A stretch of 64,000 nt of DNA, from contig JAGDBO010000016.1 of the NCBI GenBank assembly GCA_017959005.1, positions 46,407-110,406 of the forward strand, read 5' to 3'. Position numbers and translations under genes: made by a program. Positions 1 to 9,033 of this stretch are shown in pieces (position 1 is the first letter of the stretch; every line of letters begins with the position of its first letter). Source of the stretch: Bacteroidales bacterium (GTDB lineage: Bacteria > Bacteroidota > Bacteroidia > Bacteroidales > UBA932). Under the pieces are notes generated by a model, which did no database searches, had not been told where the DNA came from, and worked only from the letters and a program-made list of their open reading frames with translations.

Positions 1-859
1 ACTTGTGCTTCTTTGCAAGCTGAAGTAGGAAATCAATTCCAAGTTTCACAATATGCTCAGAGAGCATGCGGGTATCTTGCTTAACTGCAAAGAGAGATTT
101 TGTAAGCCACTCTTGCTCAGGGTATTCCGCCCATCCCTTGAGTTCTCCCTCCTCCGTTTTATCTGCTCCGGCATACATGCAGGTAGGCTTGGTATTGGCA
201 AAGGAGGTGATCTCAATCCAATCTATCTTCAAAGAGAGTTGCTCTTTATTTGGCTGTGGCTCAAGCAGAAGCGCAAAGGCTCCGTCTGAGAGCATCCAAC
301 GCAGAAACTCCTTTTCAAAGGCCAGAATAGGCTGGTCCTCCAAAGAGGCGAGATGCTCTGATTCCTTCTGAAAATAAGAGGCCTTCATCCAGGAGGAGAG
401 TCTCTCTGAGGCAGAGGCTACGGCATTTTTTGCCTCCCCGCTCTTTACAGCCATATAGGCGTACTTGAGTGCGTCCGCACCCGTGCAGCAGGAGCCGCAG
501 AAGGAGACAACCTCAGTGTTGCGGCTGCCGCCAAGAAGACCGTGAACCATAATTCCGTGAGAAGGAACCAGTTGCTCCGGAGAGGAGGTGCCGCAGGAGA
601 GAAGGTCTATATCATCTACGGTGAAGTTCTTGTCCAACAGTCCTTTAACCGCATTGGCCGCCATCTGGGTGTTGGTATGGGTAACGTTACCCTTCTTGTC
701 CAAAGCGTAGTATCTCTGCTTTATTCCGTTACGCATCAAAACAATCCTGCGCGCCTTGGAGGGCTTGCCGTTTACCATACCCAGATAACTCTCCATCTCA
801 TCGTTGGAGACGGGGTCATTGGGGAAGAACTTGGCCGCTTTGTTTATATATACTTCCAT
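1..859 (-). CDS. darB: 3-oxoacyl-ACP synthase III (FabH-like, DarB-type ketosynthase); C-terminus runs off the window start
   Basis: Own minus-strand translation from ATG at 859: MEVYINKAAKFFPNDPVSNDEMESYLGMVNGKPSKARRIVLMRNGIKQRYYALDK..., open to position 1. Absent from the ORF track because there is no stop in the window. KAS III-like N-terminus, next to a DarA-like gene. Confidence 0.6.
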   Translation of the reverse strand, partial: MEVYINKAAKFFPNDPVSNDEMESYLGMVNGKPSKARRIVLMRNGIKQRYYALDKKGNVTHTNTQMAANAVKGLLDKNFTVDDIDLLSCGTSSPEQLVPSHGIMVHGLLGGSRNTEVVSFCGSCCTGADALKYAYMAVKSGEAKNAVASASERLSSWMKASYFQKESEHLASLEDQPILAFEKEFLRWMLSDGAFALLLEPQPNKEQLSLKIDWIEITSFANTKPTCMYAGADKTEEGELKGWAEYPEQEWLTKSLFAVKQDTRMLSEHIVKLGIDFLLQLAKKHK

Positions 860-874
860 TAAAGGTATCTTGTT

Positions 875-1768
875 TTATAAATTACAATCTCTCAACTTGT
901 TACTCTTTATGTTGCGCAACGGGCGGGTAAACAGGAAAAAGAGTTGCGCAAACGGGGAGATAACAAACAGCACAAACAGAAGGTAAAAATAGAAAAGTTT
1001 TACTCTAAAACGTCGTTTAGGCTCCTTGTATCCACCTTTTTTCCTTATGAACTTTGCCCATCTGCCAAAAATATGGTAGGCCGTCTTCTCCAGAGAGAGA
1101 ATGGAAGGGCGGTACTTTATTGCCCCCTCCTTTAGCAGTTCCCTCTGGAGCGATGCGGTGCTACCGCTTAATAATGAGTTCTCTATAACTTTTCCAAATC
1201 GCGATGAGGATATAAGTTCCTCTTCTGTCACCCCCGCCTCAGGCAAAATTCCGGTTGCCTCTTTTTTGCCGTGCAGCAGCCAACGCGTTATGGTTATGGC
1301 ACTTACATAGTTGGAGCCCTTGTCCTGCAGAATGATCTGCCCTCTGAAGTTAGCACCTATCTCTTTGAATCTCAGCTTTAAAGCCTCTGAGGTCTTGAGC
1401 CACATATTGCGGCAGACGTTTACAAAAACAACATCTTTGCCGCGGAGGAAATTCTTAACATTTTCATCGCAGAGGAAAGAGAGCAGCGGCTGAGAAGGGG
1501 AGAGGAACCAGGATTGCGCCGCAATAAGCACAATATCTGCATCCTGAACATCCGTCAGATTCGGCAGGGCAATGGAGGTGGTGCAGATGCCCAGTCTGGT
1601 CTCCGGAAATACCTCAAAGAATTCTCTGCTATTCCACGGGAAGGGGTAGTGCTCCGAGGGCACAATTTCCTTAAGGATAACATCTGTCTTTTCAAATCCT
1701 TTGCAGATGTTTTCCGCCGCCCTTAAAGCCTGACCGCTCTGTGAATAGTAGAAGAGAACCGCTTTCAT
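875..1768 (-). CDS. darA: DarA-like dialkylresorcinol biosynthesis protein (flavodoxin-like N-terminus, C-terminal TM segment)
   Basis: 297 aa. N-terminus MKAVLFYYSQSGQ is flavodoxin-fold-like; hydrophobic C-terminal segment LFYFYLLFVLFVISPFAQLFFLF. Adjacent to the FabH-like gene as in flexirubin dar loci. Family recalled from memory, not searched. Confidence 0.55.
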   Translation of the reverse strand: MKAVLFYYSQSGQALRAAENICKGFEKTDVILKEIVPSEHYPFPWNSREFFEVFPETRLGICTTSIALPNLTDVQDADIVLIAAQSWFLSPSQPLLSFLCDENVKNFLRGKDVVFVNVCRNMWLKTSEALKLRFKEIGANFRGQIILQDKGSNYVSAITITRWLLHGKKEATGILPEAGVTEEELISSSRFGKVIENSLLSGSTASLQRELLKEGAIKYRPSILSLEKTAYHIFGRWAKFIRKKGGYKEPKRRFRVKLFYFYLLFVLFVISPFAQLFFLFTRPLRNIKSNKLRDCNL

Positions 1769-1769
1769 A

Positions 1770-2138
1770 TTACTCAGTGATTCTGAATTTTAGAGTCATT
1801 ACAACAAAGATGTTTTCTGCATCCTCTATGTTTACGTTTGTTGTAAGAGTGTCCTCTTCTTCCACCGTTTTAGTGAAGATTAAGGAGTGTTCTCCGGTAG
1901 GAATTACGGGGAGTTTGAACTTCATATTGCGGGCCTTGTAGAGTTCCAGTTTTTTGTTCAGGTGCATTTGCAAAATCTCCTGAGCAATCTGAACCAGAAT
2001 GACGCCCGGCGTTACCGGATTCCCCGGAAAATGAACGGTGTAGAGATTGTGAGAAGGATTGAGCCTAATCACACATCTGTACTCACTCTCCGTTTGATTC
2101 TCGGAAACTATGTGAAAAAAATCATCAATCAGTTTCAT
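1770..2138 (-). CDS. Hotdog-fold FabZ-like dehydratase (His present, Glu position is Gln)
   Basis: 122 aa. Motif VHFPGNPVTPGVILVQIAQ aligns with the FabZ core [20 protein letters not shown]. Confidence 0.6.
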   Translation of the reverse strand: MKLIDDFFHIVSENQTESEYRCVIRLNPSHNLYTVHFPGNPVTPGVILVQIAQEILQMHLNKKLELYKARNMKFKLPVIPTGEHSLIFTKTVEEEDTLTTNVNIEDAENIFVVMTLKFRITE

Positions 2139-2139
2139 A

Positions 2140-2583
2140 CTACCTTTTTAGCGGTGTAAATCTGTATTCTATTTTGTGGCGGCCGGAAAAACAGATATCT
2201 CCCTTCTCAAACCACATTTTCCGTCTACCCTTCTTAACCTCCTCGTTATCAAAGATATGGGCAAGTATAAAGTTAAAATCCTTTCTCAGCGCCCTTCTGA
2301 TAAACCACCTGTTGGCCGGCCCAATCACGTTGAGAATCCGGCTTTGGCCCTTCTTAAAGGTAAAATCAAAGACCTTAACTCCCATCTCGTTTATTACCGT
2401 TCCAACCAGTGAACCCTCCTCTCTGCTCTCCATAACGCAGATTCCCGTAATTTGCTGACTCCTTACAAAGATACGCAAATTATACTCTTTGCAAAGAGAA
2501 TCACTTTGTGAGTTCTCTCCACTCTGAGCGCTCAAAGGAGCCAGGGTAAAAAACAATATGTTAATCAATAACAAAAATCTCAT
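2140..2583 (-). CDS. Secreted hypothetical protein of the pigment cluster
   Basis: 147 aa with N-terminal signal peptide MRFLLLINILFFTLAPLSAQ. Overlaps the upstream LolA-like gene by 23 nt. No recognisable domain. Confidence 0.5.
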   Translation of the reverse strand: MRFLLLINILFFTLAPLSAQSGENSQSDSLCKEYNLRIFVRSQQITGICVMESREEGSLVGTVINEMGVKVFDFTFKKGQSRILNVIGPANRWFIRRALRKDFNFILAHIFDNEEVKKGRRKMWFEKGDICFSGRHKIEYRFTPLKR

Positions 2584-3187
2584 CCTTTATGGGTGCGTTA
2601 ATCTTTGTCTTATTGAGTTTTACAAGGGTCTCATCTCCGCTCTTTTCCACCATCCTTACGCTGCTTACCATAGTGAAGGAGGTGTTGAAATGAATCTCTA
2701 CAACCTCATATATCTGCTTGAGTTCCTTCTTTTTAGGATAAAGTTTAGCAAAGTAGGCCCCATCCTTCTCCCAAATCTCCGCAGTAAAATCCGGGGAGTT
2801 CTTAAGCCCCGCCCCTGTGATGCAGTCTACAATAATTCCGGTTATACGGCGGAAGATTTTGTTCTCCTGAACGTTTATGTTCTGAGTTGATTTTGAGGTC
2901 TTTATCTGCACATTGTCTCCGTTGAGAACAAAGGTGTAATCATACGGAGAGCTGTACTGCCAGAGAAGTCTGTTGGGCTTTTTAAAGAACATCTTCCCCT
3001 GAGAAACCATCTGACGACTAAGCATTTTCATGCTCTTTGTCTGAGTGAACTCACACTGCATGCTTCTCATCTTGGAGCCCTCTGTATCTATCTTTTCCAG
3101 TATCTCCCTCTGCTTTTCCTCCGTCAGTTTGTTCTGAGAGAAAAGCGTAAGCGGAAAGAGCAGTAAAATGACGGCTAATAATCTCAT
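2561..3187 (-). CDS. LolA-like outer-membrane lipoprotein carrier family protein
   Basis: 208 aa with signal peptide MRLLAVILLLFPLTLFSQ. Size and position after KS/CLF are typical of APE/flexirubin clusters. 4-nt overlap with the upstream gene. Confidence 0.55.
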   Translation of the reverse strand: MRLLAVILLLFPLTLFSQNKLTEEKQREILEKIDTEGSKMRSMQCEFTQTKSMKMLSRQMVSQGKMFFKKPNRLLWQYSSPYDYTFVLNGDNVQIKTSKSTQNINVQENKIFRRITGIIVDCITGAGLKNSPDFTAEIWEKDGAYFAKLYPKKKELKQIYEVVEIHFNTSFTMVSSVRMVEKSGDETLVKLNKTKINAPIKDEIFVID

Positions 3188-4167
3188 AATCTTTTCAGTA
3201 GGGTAAAGGAGAGCTCATTCTTTTCCGTACGGTTTATAACCATTATACTCCCCATAGTTTCTTTCTTTAGTATATGTGCTGCAGCATAAACACCTGCTGC
3301 AGAGGCTGCAAAGTTCTCCCCGAACAAATTTTTGTAGGTAAGCAGAGGCTTGTTTTTAAAGAGCCTCTTTGCCAACTCTAAATATGGAGTGTCATTTGCC
3401 GGATTACCGTTAACTCCCGTCATAACGGCCTCCGGGCTCTCCAACTCAGCCACATGCAACATCTTCTCTGTTAGCTCTTTAATCTTCTCGGCCGATGGCT
3501 TATAGCATAGGCGTATTCCCGCAACTTCACAGAGGTTCTGGGGATTATATTTGGCAGTCAGCATCATTGCAACTGAGATATCTGCGTATGGAGCCATTCC
3601 TTCAATTCCAACATATCCGCACTTTTTAAAAAGTTCAAAGTGGATAGCACTTGTCTCCTCGTGAGCTCCAACCAGAGCGTTGGAGATATTTCCCAGTTGC
3701 ATCTGCATATAGGCGTCTAAAAGAGCAGCGTCAAAACTTAGTGTTGCGTGGGAGTATGTGGTGTTGTAACTCTTTGTATCTGTTAGAATTGCAAGAGAGG
3801 TACCAACGGCGTTGTGGATGGCCTGCATAAAGAACATGGGACTCAGAGCCTCCTCTTTGTTAGAGCAAAGTTGGGAGAGGAATCCGTTAGTTCTTTCAAG
3901 TGAACCGAAGCAGGTTCCGGTAATTATTGCATCCGGATGTTCAATACCGCATCTCTTTAAAACTTCCAAAGAGACGGCCAGCGCACGCTTAAGATAGGCT
4001 GTAGAGCGGCGCATCTGATTAGGGGCAAAGTATTGAGAGAAAGGGGGATCCACCGCCCTGGCAAAAGGCTCGCGGCAGAGAGCGGGACTCTTCATCCAAC
4101 TCTCTGAGAGAGGTTCCTGGATGGAGATCTGAGATGCTTCCTGTATGTAAACTCTTCTTGTTGTCAT
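3184..4167 (-). CDS. Beta-ketoacyl synthase-like protein lacking catalytic residues (chain-length-factor type)
   Basis: 327 aa. SHATLS sits where a KS has TACSS, and FGENFAASAAG where a KS has GHTxGASG. 4-nt overlap with the upstream KS gene. Confidence 0.65.
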   Translation of the reverse strand: MTTRRVYIQEASQISIQEPLSESWMKSPALCREPFARAVDPPFSQYFAPNQMRRSTAYLKRALAVSLEVLKRCGIEHPDAIITGTCFGSLERTNGFLSQLCSNKEEALSPMFFMQAIHNAVGTSLAILTDTKSYNTTYSHATLSFDAALLDAYMQMQLGNISNALVGAHEETSAIHFELFKKCGYVGIEGMAPYADISVAMMLTAKYNPQNLCEVAGIRLCYKPSAEKIKELTEKMLHVAELESPEAVMTGVNGNPANDTPYLELAKRLFKNKPLLTYKNLFGENFAASAAGVYAAAHILKKETMGSIMVINRTEKNELSFTLLKRL

Positions 4168-5357
4168 ACTTTTGAAAGGATAATTGAAGAGTCATTTCCG
4201 CCAAAGCCAAAGGCGTTGCTCATTATCTTTTTAATCTCTCTCTTTGGGTGAATATCCGTTACAGGAATAATGCCGCCCTCCATAGGAGTCTTCCAGTTGA
4301 GACTTGCAGGAAGAAACTGATTCTCAAGAGCCAGCAGAGAGATAACCGCCTCAATGGAGCCGGATGCTCCGGTTGTGTGACCGGTGTAAGATTTGGTGGA
4401 AGAGATGGGTGGAGGTGTATTCTCAAAGAGACGCTTTATTGCACAACTTTCACTCTCGTCATTATTCTGAGTGGCTGTTCCGTGAGCGTTTATGTAGTCT
4501 ATATCTTTTGGAGTAAGATCTGCTTTTTCCAGAGCCTTTTGCATTGCAAGATAGGCTCCCTCCCCGGTAGGAGAAGAGGCAGTCTCATGAAAGGCGTCAC
4601 AGGCGTTGCCGTATCCTGCAAGACGGCATAAAGGCTTAATACCGCGCCTTTTAAGTGAGGACTCGCTCTCCAGCACAAGGTATGCGGCGCCCTCTCCCAG
4701 GTTGAGCCCCGCTCTCTCTTTGTCAAACGGACGGCAAGGCCTTGAGTCCAAAATCATAAGGGAGTTGAATCCGTTAAGATGGAATATTGAAAGGCACTCC
4801 GCACCCCCCGCAACAACAATATCCGCCATATTGCTCTCTATCATAAAAGCGGCGGATATAAGTGCATTCGTTGCAGAACTGCAGGCTGTAGAAACGGTTG
4901 ATAGTGAGGCAAACGGACCAAAGTATGAGGCAATTCTCTCAGTTGAAGTTCCGCAGTTTTGAACTGCTGCCAGGGCATGCTCTCTGTCACAACTTCTCTC
5001 ATTTTCAAAGAAGAGTTCCCTTTTATCCATTCCGCCAACTATGGTAGATGAGATAAAGTGAACGCCTCTGAGATCTTCTCTTTTAAGATTTGCCTCATTG
5101 AGTGCCTCCTTAAGAGCAACAATTCCCAGAAGGACGGTGCGGGAAGTAAGGGGATTCTCCTTAATTCCAACCATTTGCATAAGTTCATCGTTGCTTCTTT
5201 TAACCTCTCCTACAGGGATTTCACGATGACGGCTTGTAAGATATTTCATACTCCCAACGCCGCTCCTTTTATTCAAAAGGGCGGAGAGAGTCTCCTCCTT
5301 TCCCACGCCTATGGCGGAGATAACTCCGGCTCCAGATATATATACCGGTTCTCTCAT
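4164..5357 (-). CDS. Beta-ketoacyl-ACP synthase (KAS I/II family)
   Basis: 397 aa. Cys-His-His triad motifs VSTACSSATNA, NAHGTATQNND and YTGHTTGASG. Confidence 0.85.
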   Translation of the reverse strand: MREPVYISGAGVISAIGVGKEETLSALLNKRSGVGSMKYLTSRHREIPVGEVKRSNDELMQMVGIKENPLTSRTVLLGIVALKEALNEANLKREDLRGVHFISSTIVGGMDKRELFFENERSCDREHALAAVQNCGTSTERIASYFGPFASLSTVSTACSSATNALISAAFMIESNMADIVVAGGAECLSIFHLNGFNSLMILDSRPCRPFDKERAGLNLGEGAAYLVLESESSLKRRGIKPLCRLAGYGNACDAFHETASSPTGEGAYLAMQKALEKADLTPKDIDYINAHGTATQNNDESESCAIKRLFENTPPPISSTKSYTGHTTGASGSIEAVISLLALENQFLPASLNWKTPMEGGIIPVTDIHPKREIKKIMSNAFGFGGNDSSIILSKV

Positions 5358-5789
5358 CTATCCGGCCTCTTTATCTGTAAGGACAATCTTTACGTTTGCC
5401 TGTGCCACAAGTTTATCATTAACCTTAACGGTAATGTCTGCCAAAGTGAGATGAAAAACCTCCTCCAGAATATGGACGTGAGTTGTAAGAACCTCCTTGC
5501 ACTCAGGGCGGTAGAAGAACTCGCACTCTTTGACGGCACCAATGTATCCAATCTTTATGGACTCGTTTCTTCCTCTGTTTATGCAACCCATTCTAGCGGC
5601 ACAGGACTGCATCATATTCTCCATAATTCCCGCAGTAGAGAGAGCGTTTCCATCCAAAAAGATATTATCCTCACGTATAGTAAGCTCCGTGTAAGTATCT
5701 GTTTTATCACTGCTTAGAACCCTATCCACCATAACAATCGGAGGACGCTGAGGTATCAGTTTTGTTATTTCAATATCTACGGGATTCAT
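5358..5789 (-). CDS. Hotdog-fold FabZ/ApeI-like dehydratase or thioesterase (Glu present, no HFP His motif)
   Basis: 143 aa. IPQRPPIVMVDRV resembles FabZ LPHRFPFLLVDRV, and GIMENMMQ resembles LILEAMAQ. Confidence 0.6.
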   Translation of the reverse strand: MNPVDIEITKLIPQRPPIVMVDRVLSSDKTDTYTELTIREDNIFLDGNALSTAGIMENMMQSCAARMGCINRGRNESIKIGYIGAVKECEFFYRPECKEVLTTHVHILEEVFHLTLADITVKVNDKLVAQANVKIVLTDKEAG

Positions 5790-5796
5790 AATATCT

Positions 5797-6486
5797 TTAA
5801 AAAGGAAAATAGAGAAGTGCCTTTGCCGGATGGTTGAAAATTAATTTTACAGTCTCTTTAGAGAAGGTATTGAGAGTGGCCTTCCACCAGAAGTCAAAGG
5901 TTACTTCATCTGTCTTGTACTCAAGTCCTTCAGATTTGATTTTGAGGGTGTTGTCAAAGGAGAATATGGAGATGCGGTCTCCCTTCTCTCCCTTAAGATA
6001 GACGGTGTTAAGAACAGGAATGAAGACTCCGTAATCTGAAACCATGCAGATAGAGATCTTTTGATTTGGGAACTTTTCTCTGAGTACCTCTGCATATTGC
6101 GGCAGGTAGGAGATGTTTCCAAGAGAGTGGTCCTCTCTCTTTCCCGTAGCCCCCAATATGGTAATTTCAAAAACACTCTTGCCGTCAGCAACAGCATTCT
6201 CTATTAGCTTGAGTGTAAAGCGGAAAGCCTTGGTCTGGTCATTGTAATCCTGCTCGCTCTCCCTATGGATTTTGCTCTTGAGTTTCTTCTGCATTGATAA
6301 AGAGAGTGTATCCATATCCCCCACAATGTAGTCTGCATCAAAGCCCTTTTTCTTAAGGCTCATATAGGCTCCGTCACAGGAAATTACAGTGGAAGAAGAG
6401 AGGAGTTTGAGCGCCTCCTTTCTTGTTGGAAAATTGCCGTCACAGAGAATAACAAAACTCTCTCTATTCAAATCGGAGCGCTTCAT
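5797..6486 (-). CDS. Thiamine diphosphokinase
   Basis: 229 aa. Motifs IVGDMDTL and ILGATGKREDH are typical of the TPK family. Confidence 0.7.
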   Translation of the reverse strand: MKRSDLNRESFVILCDGNFPTRKEALKLLSSSTVISCDGAYMSLKKKGFDADYIVGDMDTLSLSMQKKLKSKIHRESEQDYNDQTKAFRFTLKLIENAVADGKSVFEITILGATGKREDHSLGNISYLPQYAEVLREKFPNQKISICMVSDYGVFIPVLNTVYLKGEKGDRISIFSFDNTLKIKSEGLEYKTDEVTFDFWWKATLNTFSKETVKLIFNHPAKALLYFPF

Positions 6487-7450
6487 CTTCTAAGAGATTT
6501 TTATGTCCGTTTATAAAATCTTTTGAACCCATCCTCTTGCTTCCCGATGGCTGCAATGAGGTAATCTCCAAATACTTATCCGAGCACATAACATATATGC
6601 CGCCTCCCTTTACAATAACCTTTCCGCTCTCTTTTCCCTTCATCTCCGTTGGTGCGGTCATAAAGATTTTCAGATCTGTCTTCTCACCCTTTCCGTTAAC
6701 AAGAGTTGTCTGAGCAGCAGGATATGGAGAGAGTCCTCTTACCAGAGCATCCACCTGGTCCGCTCTCTTTTTCCAATCAATTCTGCAATTCTCCTTGTTA
6801 AGTTTAGGAGCTGCGGAGTTTAACTCCGTGAGTCCCTCTTCATTTTGAGAAATAGTTGTAACTTCTCCTTTATCAATGGCTTGCACGCTCTTAACCACAA
6901 GGGCGGCACCTATCTCCATAAGTCTGTCATAGAGAGTCTCAACAGTCTCTCTCTCTCCAATAGGACTCTTTTCCTGGAAGATAATTCTTCCGGTATCAAT
7001 CTTCTCGTCTATGAAAAATGTGGTTACTCCGCTCTCCTTCTCCTGTTGAATAATTGCCCAGTTGATAGGGGCGGCGCCTCTGAATTTTGGAAGAAGTGAG
7101 GCGTGAAGATTGAATGTCCCCTTCTTTGGCATCTTCCAGACGCACTCCGGTAACATTCTGAAAGCCACTACAATGAAAAGCTCTGCGTTATAACTCCTAA
7201 GAGCATTTAGGAACTCTTCATCTCTGAGTTTAACCGGCTGGAGAATATCTATCTTCTTTTCAGATTGCTGGTTGTATGATAGAACAAATTTCTTTACGTC
7301 ACTCTGAGCAAGAAACAATCCTCTACCTTTTGGTTTGTCCGGAACGGTGACAACTGCAGGGATATCATATCCGGCATCCAGCAGCGCCTTCAAAGGTGCC
7401 ACCGCAAACTCCGGAGTTCCCATATATATGATTCTACTCTTTTGAGTCAT
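6464..7450 (-). CDS. fmt: Methionyl-tRNA formyltransferase
   Basis: 328 aa. IIYMGTPEFAV N-terminus and HASLLPKFRGAAPINWAI formyltransferase motif. Confidence 0.9.
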   Translation of the reverse strand: MTQKSRIIYMGTPEFAVAPLKALLDAGYDIPAVVTVPDKPKGRGLFLAQSDVKKFVLSYNQQSEKKIDILQPVKLRDEEFLNALRSYNAELFIVVAFRMLPECVWKMPKKGTFNLHASLLPKFRGAAPINWAIIQQEKESGVTTFFIDEKIDTGRIIFQEKSPIGERETVETLYDRLMEIGAALVVKSVQAIDKGEVTTISQNEEGLTELNSAAPKLNKENCRIDWKKRADQVDALVRGLSPYPAAQTTLVNGKGEKTDLKIFMTAPTEMKGKESGKVIVKGGGIYVMCSDKYLEITSLQPSGSKRMGSKDFINGHKNLLEDEALRFE

Positions 7451-7456
7451 AGTCTG

Positions 7457-9028
7457 TTATTCCTCTTGAGCGGCCTTCAGCTCATCCTCTTTCTTCTTGC
7501 GGTACTGGAGTCTTTTGGCCTTGCTGAACAATCTCTCAAAGAAACCTTTAATGTTCTTAACAAAGACTTCCGGGTTGAACATTGTAGAGTCCTGAGTAGA
7601 TTTCCAGGTTAAGAAGGCGGCAAGCGGAGCCAGAACTATGGTGGAGATAAATGCTCCTATGAAAGGAGAGATTGCTCCGTCATTTGCCAACTTCTTTCCG
7701 CTGATATCCACAACCCAGTAGAGAACAAAGAAGAGTATGGAGATGATAGCAGGAGTTCCCAATCCTCCCTTTCTCACAATGGCTCCTATAGGGGCGCCTA
7801 TGAAGAAGAAGATAAGGCAGGCCAGAGAGAGGGTGAACTTTCTGTAAGTCTCTATTATTGTTCTTCTTAGAGGGTATGCTGTCTGGTGGATTTGAGCGTT
7901 GTAGAAGCCGTAGTTTACCATCTCCGTATTGAGGGCTCCGTAAGCCTGAGACCAGGCGTTGACTTTATCCTCATGGTTCTTCCATTTGTAAAGTTCCTCC
8001 GCTTTGAAGGCTTTCTTGAATCCCTTGTTGCGGGCGGTGTCCAACTGATCCTGGTGGCCCAGCCAGTCTCCGTGCATTGCGTGATGTGTGTGGTAGGTTA
8101 TGGATGAGTCATTTGCGTGGGAGAGAGAGTCTCTGTCCTTACGCAGTTGAGTAATGTTTTTGGCCATAACCTCATTGCCGTACTTTCCCTTGTCAGACTT
8201 GCTGAAGGCGTAGTTCTTAAGAGGCACGGTAATTTGCTGGAATGCAAATTTTATCTGCTGCATTGAGAGAGAGGTGTCCTGGTAGGTCCTCTTGTTGTCC
8301 TCCTTGTAATTTACACCGTTATAGAGAGTTATAAGAAGTCCCTGCTTGTCCGGAGTGATGGAGATTCTGCCGGAATCTGCAAGAGTGAGATCATTGTTAC
8401 CGCTCTCTTTTGTATGGTTGTAAATCATAATGTTGTGCATAAGCTTGTCGTCATCTCTGCTTCCTATGCGCAATGTGTAACCGTCTATTCCGTCATAGAA
8501 TACGCCCACCGGAATCTTTATCTCCTCTTTGGTATTGGTGATATCCTCCCTTAAAGTGTAGATGTTGTTGTATGCAATAGGGATAAGATTATTAGAGGCA
8601 AAGAAGGCTGCAACTACAATAACCACAGCAATATAGCTGAGCGGGCGAATGATTCTCTGAAGTGAGATTCCCGCCGCTTTCATTGAGAGAAGTTCACTGT
8701 TCTCTCCCAGTGTTCCCATTGTCATAATGGAGGCCAGAAGTGTTGCAAGCGGAAGGGCGTAAGGTATAAGAGTGCAGGAGCCCCAGGCCATAAACTGAGC
8801 AATGATGCTAAAGGTAAGTCCCTTATTTACAAGCTCGTCTATGTAGAGCCACAAGAACTGCATCATAAGAATGAAGGTCACTATGGCAAAGGTCATAATG
8901 AAAGGACCCAGGAAAGATTTGAACATATAAAGGTCCAAAGTCTTAACCCCGAGTTTCTTCAGAAAACCCTCTACGGCCTCAGAAACCCTTCTTAGCAGCG
9001 GTTGTTTTGACTCCTGTTTTTCAGCCAT
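7457..9028 (-). CDS. LptF/LptG family permease (YjgP/YjgQ)
   Basis: 523 aa. N-terminal LDLYMFKSFLGPFIMTF, multiple TM segments flanking a large periplasmic insert. Confidence 0.75.
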   Translation of the reverse strand: MAEKQESKQPLLRRVSEAVEGFLKKLGVKTLDLYMFKSFLGPFIMTFAIVTFILMMQFLWLYIDELVNKGLTFSIIAQFMAWGSCTLIPYALPLATLLASIMTMGTLGENSELLSMKAAGISLQRIIRPLSYIAVVIVVAAFFASNNLIPIAYNNIYTLREDITNTKEEIKIPVGVFYDGIDGYTLRIGSRDDDKLMHNIMIYNHTKESGNNDLTLADSGRISITPDKQGLLITLYNGVNYKEDNKRTYQDTSLSMQQIKFAFQQITVPLKNYAFSKSDKGKYGNEVMAKNITQLRKDRDSLSHANDSSITYHTHHAMHGDWLGHQDQLDTARNKGFKKAFKAEELYKWKNHEDKVNAWSQAYGALNTEMVNYGFYNAQIHQTAYPLRRTIIETYRKFTLSLACLIFFFIGAPIGAIVRKGGLGTPAIISILFFVLYWVVDISGKKLANDGAISPFIGAFISTIVLAPLAAFLTWKSTQDSTMFNPEVFVKNIKGFFERLFSKAKRLQYRKKKEDELKAAQEE

Positions 9029-9033
9029 TTATG

